Positions 27,118-35,789 of a stretch of DNA of 64,000 bases are shown in pieces. The notes beneath the pieces were generated by a model. It did not search any database. It saw only the letters and a list, made by a program, of their open reading frames with translations, and was not told the DNA's origin. Each line of letters opens with the position of its first letter. Position 1 is the first letter of the stretch. The position numbers and the translations under genes were made by a program. The stretch is from Acidobacteriota bacterium (lineage in GTDB: Bacteria; Acidobacteriota; UBA6911), in NCBI GenBank assembly GCA_963664705.1, contig OY761556.1:3904001-3968000 (forward strand). Reading direction: 5' to 3'.

Positions 27118-28959
27118 ATGAACGCAAGACTAGAAAACCAACGCCATCCGCTTGCAGGCAAACGCATGACGGGTGCAGAGATGATTATCCAGGTTCTGGC
27201 GCAGGAGGGAGTGGACACCGTTTTCGGCTACACTGGAGGGGCAATTCTTCCGACCTATGACGCCATTTTTCGCTTCAACGTCGAACATGAATCCTGCCGG
27301 GACAAACAAATACAGCTTATTGTGCCCGCCAATGAACAGGGCGCGGGCTTTATGGCAGCCGGGTATGCGCGGGCCAGCGGCAAAGTGGGTGTTTTCATCG
27401 TCACCTCAGGACCCGGAGCGACCAACAGCGTCACTCCTATCCGTGATTGCATGGCAGACTCCGTCCCCGTCGTATTGATCAGCGGACAGGTCTCCCGTGC
27501 CGCGATCGGAACAGACGCATTCCAGGAAGCCCCCGTATTCAACCTGATGAGTTCCTGCGCAAAACATGTCTTCCTCGTCGAGGATCCGGAGGAGCTGGAA
27601 ACTACCGTTCGAACGGCCTTCGAAATCGCCCGAAGCGGCCGCCCAGGCCCCGTCGTTATTGACGTGCCCAAGGATGTTCAAAACTGGGAAGGAACATTCA
27701 AAGGCGAAGGAATCTGTCATTTCCGCGGATATGAAAACCGCATGCAATCGCTATCGAACGCTCGCATTTCCGAACAGGACTGCGCAGAGTTCTTTGATCT
27801 TCTCGGCCGCTGTGAACGCCCGCTCATCTGTGCAGGCGGCGGCGTGATCTGCGGTGATGCCGCGCCCCAGCTCCGTGAATTTGTCCACGAATTCAAGATC
27901 CCAGTCGTAACCACATTGATGGGAATTGGCGCATTGGATACAACCGAGGATCTCTCACTCCACATGCTCGGGATGCACGGCATGGCATATGCCAACTATG
28001 CCGTCATGGACTGCGACTTCCTCATCACTATTGGAGCACGATTTGACGATCGCGTGGCCGGCAAGGTGCAGGAGTTTGCTCCCAAAGCACGGTACCATGC
28101 CCATATAGACATTGATGCCGCCGAAATCGGCAAGGTCAAGACCGTTACCTGGGCACATATCGGGTCGGCGAAAGAAGCGCTGATCGATCTCCTGGCCGCC
28201 GGAAAAAGCTTCAAGAAGGACTTTTCCAAATGGCTGATCCACGTGGATGACCTCAAAAAACAACATGTCCGCAATTACGATCGAGAGAACAATGCTATCC
28301 AGCCCCAGGATGTACTCGAGTGCCTGAACAAGATCACCAAGGGGGAAGCAATCGTTTGCACAGGCGTAGGCCAGCACCAGATGTGGGCCGCCCAGTATCT
28401 CGATTTCAGAGAACCGAGGTCCATTCTAACCTCCGGATCAATGGGAACTATGGGGTTTGGCCTTCCGGCAGCCATTGGCGCACAGGCGGCATTTCCCGAA
28501 CGTCTCGTCATTGACGTGGATGGCGACGGCAGTATGCGGATGAACCTGGGAGAACTGGAAACAGCCACCACCTATAACCTTCCAATCAAAGTGCTTCTGC
28601 TCAATAACATGGGAGACGGAATGGTGCGGCAGTGGCAGAAGCTGTACTTCGGCAATCGATTCTCGGGGTCGGACAAATCCCTCCGGCAGAAAGACTTCGT
28701 CAAAACTGCCGAGGCCGACGGATTTGCCTTCGCGGTCCGGACATCCGATAAAGCCTCGCTGGAAGAAACGCTGAAAAAATTCACCGATTTCCAGGGACCA
28801 GCCTTCCTTGAAGTTATGATTGATCCTGATGCTTGCGTTTATCCGATGGTCGGCCCCGGCATGGGCTATAAGGAGATGATCACGGGCGACTTCATTGCAG
28901 GGCGCAATCCCGAGGAAAATATGATGGATGAGCGGTTGAACACCTCGGATTCCTTCTAG
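27118..28959 (+). CDS. ilvB: Acetolactate synthase large subunit
   Basis: FGYTGGAILP, TSGPGATN, GTDAFQE, RFDDRV, GQHQMW, GDGS...N ThDP motif, GMVRQWQ. Confidence 0.96.
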   Translation: MNARLENQRHPLAGKRMTGAEMIIQVLAQEGVDTVFGYTGGAILPTYDAIFRFNVEHESCRDKQIQLIVPANEQGAGFMAAGYARASGKVGVFIVTSGPGATNSVTPIRDCMADSVPVVLISGQVSRAAIGTDAFQEAPVFNLMSSCAKHVFLVEDPEELETTVRTAFEIARSGRPGPVVIDVPKDVQNWEGTFKGEGICHFRGYENRMQSLSNARISEQDCAEFFDLLGRCERPLICAGGGVICGDAAPQLREFVHEFKIPVVTTLMGIGALDTTEDLSLHMLGMHGMAYANYAVMDCDFLITIGARFDDRVAGKVQEFAPKARYHAHIDIDAAEIGKVKTVTWAHIGSAKEALIDLLAAGKSFKKDFSKWLIHVDDLKKQHVRNYDRENNAIQPQDVLECLNKITKGEAIVCTGVGQHQMWAAQYLDFREPRSILTSGSMGTMGFGLPAAIGAQAAFPERLVIDVDGDGSMRMNLGELETATTYNLPIKVLLLNNMGDGMVRQWQKLYFGNRFSGSDKSLRQKDFVKTAEADGFAFAVRTSDKASLEETLKKFTDFQGPAFLEVMIDPDACVYPMVGPGMGYKEMITGDFIAGRNPEENMMDERLNTSDSF

Positions 28960-28985
28960 TAACCGGCAAGCTCATCGCACTTTGC

Positions 28986-29036
28986 GCAATTCAGGAGGTT
29001 TATGGCAGGCTTCTTGCCATAAATCTCCCGAATTGC
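28986..29036. terminator. Long hairpin between convergent ilvB and J-domain gene
   Basis: GCAATTCAGGAGGTTTATGGCAG / TTGCCATAAATCTCCCGAATTGC. Confidence 0.6.
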
Positions 29037-29040
29037 CGCG

Positions 29041-29442
29041 TTATTTCTCCAGTTCCCGCTTGAATAGATCCCTCAGATCTTCCCACTGATCATCAAGACC
29101 AACCACGCTGTAGCAGGTTCTTCGCATTTCGCCGGGCCTTGCCGACTTGTTCCTGGAGTTGATTACATCCCGAATATCCAAGTGAGCTGCCGGGTGTGAG
29201 TATCTCGGGATGTGGGAATCGGGAGACGCCTGGGAATCAGAATACAGTCTTTTGTCGTATTCTCTCCTCCTCTCGGGATCACTCAAAATATCATAGGCTT
29301 CCTGAACCGAACGGAATGCTTCGGCAGAAGAGCCCTCTCCCGCATCCGGATGATATTGCTTCGCCAGTTTGCGGTAAGCACCTCGAATCTCCTTTTCTTC
29401 GGCGCCGGGGTTGATTCCAAGTATCTCGTAATAGTCGGCCAT
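29041..29442 (-). CDS. J-domain (DnaJ-type) protein
   Basis: DYYEILG...[12 protein letters not shown]...[15 protein letters not shown]; short C-terminal tail. Confidence 0.9.
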   Translation of the reverse strand: MADYYEILGINPGAEEKEIRGAYRKLAKQYHPDAGEGSSAEAFRSVQEAYDILSDPERRREYDKRLYSDSQASPDSHIPRYSHPAAHLDIRDVINSRNKSARPGEMRRTCYSVVGLDDQWEDLRDLFKRELEK

Positions 29443-29597
29443 TGCGGCTTCACTCCTTGACCTCTTCAATCTAATATATCTTAGAATAATGAGCATCAGG
29501 CCCGGAAGTCGATTTTGGCCGTAGATTGCAAAACAGGATTGGCGGACAATGAACACTTTTGGGCCGTGACCTCAATGACTCCAGGAGGCGAGAACCT

Positions 29598-30098
29598 ATG
29601 GCAGAAATTACGTTCAAGGGAAATCCGTTTCACACTGCAGGATCTTTACCGAAAGTCGGCACGAACGCACCGGAATTCAAGGTTATCAAGGCGGACCTGT
29701 CACCAATGGCGCTGAGTGAACTCAAAGGCAAAAAAGTGGTACTCAACATATTTCCGAGTATCGACACCGCTGTCTGCGCAACTTCTGTCAGACGGTTTAA
29801 TGCCGAAGCAGACAAACTCAGCAATACAGTTATTGTCTGCATCTCGCGAGACCTCCCCTTTGCTCAAAAGCGATTCTGTGGCGCGGAAGGACTGAACAAT
29901 GTCGTCACCGGCTCCGAATACCAGGATTCCAGTTTCAGCGACGCTTATGGCGTTCGTATGGTAGATGGGCCACTGGCGGGACTGCTGTCACGCGCCATCG
30001 TTGTCATCAACGAACAGGGCAAAGTTATTTATACGGAACAGGTACCTGAAATTGCCCAGGAACCTGACTACGGCAAAGCGCTCGCTGCCATCCAGTAG
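29598..30098 (+). CDS. tpx: Thiol peroxidase
   Basis: FPSIDTAVCA, SRDLPFAQKRFC, EPDY; RBS AGGAGG. Confidence 0.95.
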   Translation: MAEITFKGNPFHTAGSLPKVGTNAPEFKVIKADLSPMALSELKGKKVVLNIFPSIDTAVCATSVRRFNAEADKLSNTVIVCISRDLPFAQKRFCGAEGLNNVVTGSEYQDSSFSDAYGVRMVDGPLAGLLSRAIVVINEQGKVIYTEQVPEIAQEPDYGKALAAIQ

Positions 30099-30125
30099 CA
30101 AAACTCGACACTACAGCCTGATCCC

Positions 30126-30155
30126 GGAAAGCACCGGTGGAAACCGGTGCCTTCC
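30126..30155 (+). terminator. Hairpin after tpx
   Basis: GCACCGGT GGAA ACCGGTGC core with a weak pyrimidine tail. Confidence 0.4.
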
Positions 30156-30176
30156 CTCCGGGCAGAGGCGTTCCAG

Positions 30177-30893
30177 ATGATGTATGCGCTGATTGCGGTA
30201 ATGGCGGCATTGTTGATAACAGTGCTCGTGTACCTTCGCCACTTTAACCGGCGCCAGGTAGCCTCTCTATTCCAGTCCACAGTCCGGGAACTCCAGGCAG
30301 GTGGAGTGGAAACCGAACAGGCTCTGCACCAGACCATCGATCGGTTTATACGGCGCCCACCATTCAACCTACTGAAACCGAACGAACGGACCCTTTTTAT
30401 ACACGTCCTGCTGGATATGGGATCTCCCGTGGATGTCGGGGCAGAAATCCTGCAGCGCTGCGAAAACAAACACAGCATTTCCGAAATCAGAGACATCAAA
30501 CAATTAACAAGGCTGGCTTACACAACCGACCTGCGGCTGAGTCTTCAACAACTGATTCAAAACGCAAAGCTCCTGCATAGAAAAGTAACCGACCGATACC
30601 CGAATATTACAATTGCCCTGCTGGCGTCCCTCAGTGTCCGCGAAGGGTGGACATTCGTCGAGGAACAGAACGAGGACTTGATCTTTGATTATCGGCAGGA
30701 GAGGATTCGAATGCCCAAACAAGGGAGCGGAAAGGATGCGGCCAGACTGATCCTATTCGAGGAAATGACACAGCGGCCTATGATTGGTCGTCCCGAAACC
30801 GACAATTTGCGAAGATCATCCCGCCGTGAGCTGGTTGACAGTTTTGATACGCTCTTTGAAGAGACATTTCTCGGATTGGGGAAAGCAGGATAG
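30177..30893 (+). CDS. Hypothetical protein with N-terminal membrane anchor
   Basis: 239-codon ORF filling the gap; hydrophobic N-terminus; no recognised motif. Confidence 0.65.
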   Translation: MMYALIAVMAALLITVLVYLRHFNRRQVASLFQSTVRELQAGGVETEQALHQTIDRFIRRPPFNLLKPNERTLFIHVLLDMGSPVDVGAEILQRCENKHSISEIRDIKQLTRLAYTTDLRLSLQQLIQNAKLLHRKVTDRYPNITIALLASLSVREGWTFVEEQNEDLIFDYRQERIRMPKQGSGKDAARLILFEEMTQRPMIGRPETDNLRRSSRRELVDSFDTLFEETFLGLGKAG

Positions 30894-30906
30894 CCCGGAT
30901 TCAGGC

Positions 30907-30933
30907 TAATCAATCATACGCTTTTGCCGATAG
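30907..30933 (+). promoter_or_regulatory. Putative sigma28 (FliA) promoter
   Basis: TAAT-N15-GCCGATAG versus consensus TAAA-N15-GCCGATAA, 7 nt before the PilZ ATG. Confidence 0.5.
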
Positions 30934-30940
30934 GCTAGAC

Positions 30941-31270
30941 ATGAGATCAGAAGAAAGAGAGCTTTGTGCAGATCTAGTCAAAATAGAATGGGCCTCCAAA
31001 TCCGGCTCCGCCTGCAACGAATGGGCCATCCTGGAAGACATATCCCCCTCGGGAGCATGCCTGCAGAGCGAATCGCCCGTTCCTGCGGAGACTCTTGTCA
31101 CCCTCGAGTTTCCGGGCAACAACCGCTGCGAAGCTCGCGTAAAATATTGTAAGAGTGACCTCACGAACTTCCTGATCGGCGTTCATTTCGAGCAGGGATA
31201 CCGCTGGTCGCGCCGCAAATTCAAGCCGGAACACCTGCTTCAGTTCAGACTGCGCTGCGTAAAGAAATAG
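30941..31270 (+). CDS. Stand-alone PilZ domain protein
   Basis: RSEER (RxxxR) and DISPSG (DxSxxG) c-di-GMP motifs, IGVHF. Confidence 0.88.
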   Translation: MRSEERELCADLVKIEWASKSGSACNEWAILEDISPSGACLQSESPVPAETLVTLEFPGNNRCEARVKYCKSDLTNFLIGVHFEQGYRWSRRKFKPEHLLQFRLRCVKK

Positions 31271-31369
31271 TCGGCCGCTTCCGCTCTCCGGCGCAATCTC
31301 AAAACGTTTGTCTGTCCCGCCATAAATTGATATCCTAAGCGTTGAAAAGATTTGATTTGGGGACAGAAT

Positions 31370-31987
31370 ATGCTTCGAAAACTTCCTGCCATATCGCTAG
31401 TACTTGCATGTTTTGCATTATGGTCCTTGCCGGCAAGACCGGCTGACGATGCCCCTCCCGGACAGTTGCTCGGAGGATCTCTTAATTCCCCGGTACGAAT
31501 CGAAGTGTTCTCCGACTTTCAATGCCCTGCATGCCGGGACCTGTACTTGAATACGATACGAAAAGTCCTCCAGGACTATTCAAGCAAAGACAAGGTGTGC
31601 GTGATCTATCACGAATTTCCATTACCGATGCATCAATATGCCAGGGAGGCCGCGCGCTATTCCGAAGCGGCGGGCCAGTTGGGACAGCAGAAACTCCTGC
31701 CGGTATTTGATTCCCTATTCAATGATCAAGCGCAATGGGCTAAGGACGGCAGCCTGGAGTTGAGCGTTTCAAAAGCGGTGGCCGGCGAGGATTTTCAGAA
31801 AATAAAAAAGCTCACGCAAGACGCCAGCATCACGACAAACCTGGAAAAAGAAATTCTGCTCGGCACCAAGAGGGATATACAATCCACTCCGACGATGTTT
31901 ATCAGCTATCCCGGAAAACAGCAAAAAGTCGAAGGTGTGGTCACCTATGACATTTTGAAGCAGTTTATCGACTCCATCGTGAAATAG
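31370..31987 (+). CDS. DsbA/BdbD-like thioredoxin-fold protein
   Basis: Signal peptide, FSDFQCPAC, HEFPL, QSTPT cis-Pro loop. Confidence 0.88.
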   Translation: MLRKLPAISLVLACFALWSLPARPADDAPPGQLLGGSLNSPVRIEVFSDFQCPACRDLYLNTIRKVLQDYSSKDKVCVIYHEFPLPMHQYAREAARYSEAAGQLGQQKLLPVFDSLFNDQAQWAKDGSLELSVSKAVAGEDFQKIKKLTQDASITTNLEKEILLGTKRDIQSTPTMFISYPGKQQKVEGVVTYDILKQFIDSIVK

Positions 31988-32013
31988 CGGACCATTCCGC
32001 CTGGACTGGAAAA

Positions 32014-32652
32014 ATGCGCAAACGACACAGCTTGTTTCCAAGGTCACTGAACTGGACATTTTATGCTTTGCTGGTTGCTCTCATTCTATCGCTCCCGGCA
32101 CAGTCTTTCGCCCAAGCCTCCGGCCAGGTACTTATGGGTGCGCTGGATGCGCCGGTACGGATCGAAGTCTTTTCCGACTTTGAGTGTCCTTCCTGCAGAG
32201 AGCTATACCTGGATGTGATGCGACGGCTTATTGCAGATTACTCCAGCCAGAGCAAGGTATGCCTGATCTATCATGAATACCCGCTGCAGACACATCGATT
32301 CTCTCGCCAGGCCGCTCTTTACGCGGAGGCCGTATCACGTCTTGGCCGTCAGAAACTGCTGATGGTCTACGATGTCCTCTTCATGGATCAAGCCCAGTGG
32401 GCGCAGGACGGAAATCTCGAACGATCACTCTCAAAAGCTCTCAGCAAAACAGAGCTTTTAAAAGTTAAGAAAATGATGATGGACCCAAGCATCAATACCG
32501 CGATCGAAAGGGAAATCCTGCTGGGGAAACAGCAAAAGCCGCCGATACAATCCACACCTACCTGGTTTGTATATGTGAAAGGCAAACAGCCGCAAAGAGT
32601 TGAAGGGCGCATGGCGTATATTGGCCTAAAACAATTTATCGATCGAAACTGA
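32014..32652 (+). CDS. DsbA/BdbD-like thioredoxin-fold protein (tandem paralog)
   Basis: FSDFECPSC, HEYPL, QSTPT; visibly homologous to the preceding gene. Confidence 0.88.
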   Translation: MRKRHSLFPRSLNWTFYALLVALILSLPAQSFAQASGQVLMGALDAPVRIEVFSDFECPSCRELYLDVMRRLIADYSSQSKVCLIYHEYPLQTHRFSRQAALYAEAVSRLGRQKLLMVYDVLFMDQAQWAQDGNLERSLSKALSKTELLKVKKMMMDPSINTAIEREILLGKQQKPPIQSTPTWFVYVKGKQPQRVEGRMAYIGLKQFIDRN

Positions 32653-32653
32653 A

Positions 32654-33109
32654 ATGAACCCGACGCTGAGAATAGTTCTTCATTGGCTGTGCAGAATCGC
32701 ACTGGGAGTGGTTTTCATCTATAGCGGATACGTGAAGGTGCAGGCCACGCTCCAATTCGCCGTAGCCCTCACCGGCTACAAGCTTATCCCCGATCGGTTT
32801 ATTTTTCCCATCGCCACATGGTTCCCATGGTTTGAAATCGCTTTGGGTCTCCTCATCCTGATTGGATGGAAGATACGGTGGTCCTCCGTAGCCGCTTCTG
32901 CCCTCATGCTTTTTTTCATCGTGCTTTTATCCGTTACGCTGGCCCGCGGCATCGAGACCAACTGTGGATGCTTTGGATTTGGCGACCGGATCACCTGGAA
33001 GACAATTGCGCGGGACGGCTCGCTATTGATCCCGGCGCTGTTTCTGGTGGTGGAATCCCGATGGCATAAATTGATCCGGGAATCCCGTTTGAAGAACGCA
33101 ATGGAATAG
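32654..33109 (+). CDS. MauE/DoxX family membrane protein
   Basis: RIALGVVFIYSG..K, PWFEIALG, CGCFG, RD motifs. Confidence 0.88.
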   Translation: MNPTLRIVLHWLCRIALGVVFIYSGYVKVQATLQFAVALTGYKLIPDRFIFPIATWFPWFEIALGLLILIGWKIRWSSVAASALMLFFIVLLSVTLARGIETNCGCFGFGDRITWKTIARDGSLLIPALFLVVESRWHKLIRESRLKNAME

Positions 33110-33144
33110 AAGGCGTTTAACGTCAGGCTGAAAAGCCCTGCCTT

Positions 33145-34557
33145 CTAGCGCAGGGCTTTTTTTGTAAACCCTCCATCGCCATAAATAAACATATAGCGCT
33201 TCCCGTCTATCACGGTTTCCAGCACAACTTCCCCATGCCATAGCTGGCTCAGATAAACCAGCGTCTTTTCGGTATATTCCAGTTGCAGATCCCTGCCATC
33301 GTGATAATGCACCAGGTAAAGCGTATGGTTATGTCCAAAATCGGCATCATCCACTTTAATAACGGGCACGGCATTCATGCCGATGTTTTTCAGCAGAGCT
33401 TCCTTTACCTGTGTCCAGCCGGCTTTGTCCGCAATATTTTTGACGATTTTCAAATCACCTCGGCTCTCATACTCAAAGATCTTCAGTTCGCGCAGCAGCT
33501 CTTCGGTAAGATGACGCCGGAGAAAAGAAGAGTCCCGGTCCGATTCGCGGACTTCAAACAGCTTCGTATCCCCGGTTCGATCATCCGGATCATCTGAGCC
33601 GCCGCTGTTCCGGTGAATTGCTTGCCAGACCGCCAATCCGACATGATAGGGATTCAGCCCCATTTCAAAAGGTCGGACAACCTGATTGTGACGGACGATG
33701 AACTCGAGGTGGAGCGACTCCGGCAATCGCAGGCTATCCAGGATCCTTTTATGCCAGTATGTGGCCCAACCCTCATTCATGATCTTGGTTTCGATCTGCG
33801 GAATAAAGTACTGAGATTCCTCATGAACAATTGTAAGGATGTCTTTCTCCCACCGGGTCAGATGATGGTTGTTGTCCCGGATGAAGAGGAGCAGGTCTTC
33901 ATCCGGGACAGGAGGAGTTTTGTCCAGGTCGGGAATTGAGGATATCTTCCGACGATGGACCGACCGAAAAGGATCGGCGGGCGGAAAGGCCGATTCGGTC
34001 AGGACGGTTCGCTCTTCTTCCGGTGAACGTTTTCGTATTGCCAGATTTCGACGGCACTGCAACGCAATGGCGTGAGCCGCGTCGAGCAGTTTTTCAACAT
34101 TCTCGAGCCCTATGCTCGGATCCTCAACATAGTGACGGACGCGATCTCCATGCGCTTTAAATGCATCGATCGTGTATTCAGCCCGTGTGCTCCGGTACGT
34201 GAAGTTGTTTTTGAAAAAGTCGTTGTGGCCGTACACGTGGGCCATTGTCAGAATTTGAAGAAGCAGGGTATTGTCCAGCATCAGGTAAGCAAGGGCCGGA
34301 TTCGAGTTGATCACCATTTCATACGGAAGCCCGGAAACCCCATAATCATAGAGAGTTTTTTGTTTCTCATAGGTTTTGCCGTAGGACCAATGCGGGTAAT
34401 GGGAAGGTACGCCCGAATAGGCGATGGCGGATAGCATCTGTTTGTGATCGCATATCTCGAATTGCTGCGGATAGCAGTCCAATCCAAACTCCCGCACTTT
34501 ATCCTGTATCCGGGAGTCCCAGGCTTCGAGATCCTCAATGCTGTATATGTGGCTCAT
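33145..34557 (-). CDS. SpoVR/YcgB family protein
   Basis: HWSYGK, YEMVINSNP, AHVYGHNDFF, TKIMNEGWA, NPY. Confidence 0.93.
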   Translation of the reverse strand: MSHIYSIEDLEAWDSRIQDKVREFGLDCYPQQFEICDHKQMLSAIAYSGVPSHYPHWSYGKTYEKQKTLYDYGVSGLPYEMVINSNPALAYLMLDNTLLLQILTMAHVYGHNDFFKNNFTYRSTRAEYTIDAFKAHGDRVRHYVEDPSIGLENVEKLLDAAHAIALQCRRNLAIRKRSPEEERTVLTESAFPPADPFRSVHRRKISSIPDLDKTPPVPDEDLLLFIRDNNHHLTRWEKDILTIVHEESQYFIPQIETKIMNEGWATYWHKRILDSLRLPESLHLEFIVRHNQVVRPFEMGLNPYHVGLAVWQAIHRNSGGSDDPDDRTGDTKLFEVRESDRDSSFLRRHLTEELLRELKIFEYESRGDLKIVKNIADKAGWTQVKEALLKNIGMNAVPVIKVDDADFGHNHTLYLVHYHDGRDLQLEYTEKTLVYLSQLWHGEVVLETVIDGKRYMFIYGDGGFTKKALR

Positions 34558-34568
34558 CCTGTTCTTTC

Positions 34569-35780
34569 CTAGGCGTTCATCCGGTCAGCCGAATCGCGGT
34601 CCTTTGACAGGAAGGTTCTGAACGACGGATAGACGTCCTCTTTTCGTTCAATCCGGATTGTGAGGAAATTGGGAGCCTGCAGCCTTCGGAACACGGTCAT
34701 CATCGAGCTTTCACTCGAATAGGAAAAATGTCCGTATGGCTTAATCTCCCCATACCCAAACAGATTGCACACTTCGCACAACTCCCGCGCGCGGCGCAGA
34801 GCAGTTTCATTGTCCGCTTCAAAGTTATCGCCATCGGAACAGTGAAACGCATAAATGTTCCAAAGCGAGGGATGATATCGGGCGGCCACTATCTCCAGCG
34901 CTCGCTCATACGCAGAAGAAATCAACGTTCCTCCGGCCTCTCCTTTGCTGAAGAACTCTTCTTCCGTCACCTCGCTTGCCTGCGCATGATGCGCAATGAA
35001 TACCACCTCCACATTCCGATACCTGGTCCCGACAAACTGGCACAATAGAAAGAAAAAGCTGCGGGCAAGATACTTCTTCATTGTATCCATGGAACCGGAG
35101 GTATCCATGAGGCAGAACACAACCGCATTCGATTCCTTTCGAATGTCGGCGCTTACATGGCGGTACACCAGGTCGTCTTCGTGAAAGGGAAAACGCTCAT
35201 TCGCTTCGCCAATGTCTCTGTCGGTGGATTTCTGTGCAGCAAATCGACGGCGGATCTTCTCCTTGACAGTTCTCCTTTTATCCAGTCGAACACGGATTCC
35301 GACCGATCGATAGCCCTTGCGACGCGTCTGCCGCTCCGATTCAATTTCGCGCAGTTTTTTTCGCTCGAGATCAGGCAATTCGAGATCCTCGAACATGATA
35401 TTTATCAGTTCATCGAGCGTGACGTCGGTTTCGTAGTAATCGATGCCCGGCTGGTTCCCAGCCTTTCCATCTCTCGCCGGATCCGCGCTATCCTCAATAA
35501 TGTCCCCCGGCTCCAGATCGCCTCTGCCTTGAGCGACTCCGGTCGAATTTTCTCCGTAGACGAATCGATATTCCTTGATGCCTCGTATCGGAACTTTGAT
35601 GATCCGATCCCGTTCTCTGCCGATGATCGACTCCTCCGCAATGATATCGGCTATATTCTCCCGGATAGATTGCCGGACCTTTTCGCGATGACGCATTCGG
35701 TCGCCGGCTGAGCGATCACTGTGCTCCGCATCTGAAGCACGGTATGGACGAAATATCGTTTCCCACATAATCAAACCCAA
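34569..35780 (-). CDS. YeaH/YhbH (DUF444, vWA-like) protein
   Basis: MDTSGSM, GGTLISS, HCSDGDN, FGYGEI; start may be a few codons later. Confidence 0.92.
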   Translation of the reverse strand: MGLIMWETIFRPYRASDAEHSDRSAGDRMRHREKVRQSIRENIADIIAEESIIGRERDRIIKVPIRGIKEYRFVYGENSTGVAQGRGDLEPGDIIEDSADPARDGKAGNQPGIDYYETDVTLDELINIMFEDLELPDLERKKLREIESERQTRRKGYRSVGIRVRLDKRRTVKEKIRRRFAAQKSTDRDIGEANERFPFHEDDLVYRHVSADIRKESNAVVFCLMDTSGSMDTMKKYLARSFFFLLCQFVGTRYRNVEVVFIAHHAQASEVTEEEFFSKGEAGGTLISSAYERALEIVAARYHPSLWNIYAFHCSDGDNFEADNETALRRARELCEVCNLFGYGEIKPYGHFSYSSESSMMTVFRRLQAPNFLTIRIERKEDVYPSFRTFLSKDRDSADRMNA

Positions 35781-35789
35781 TAGCCGCGC

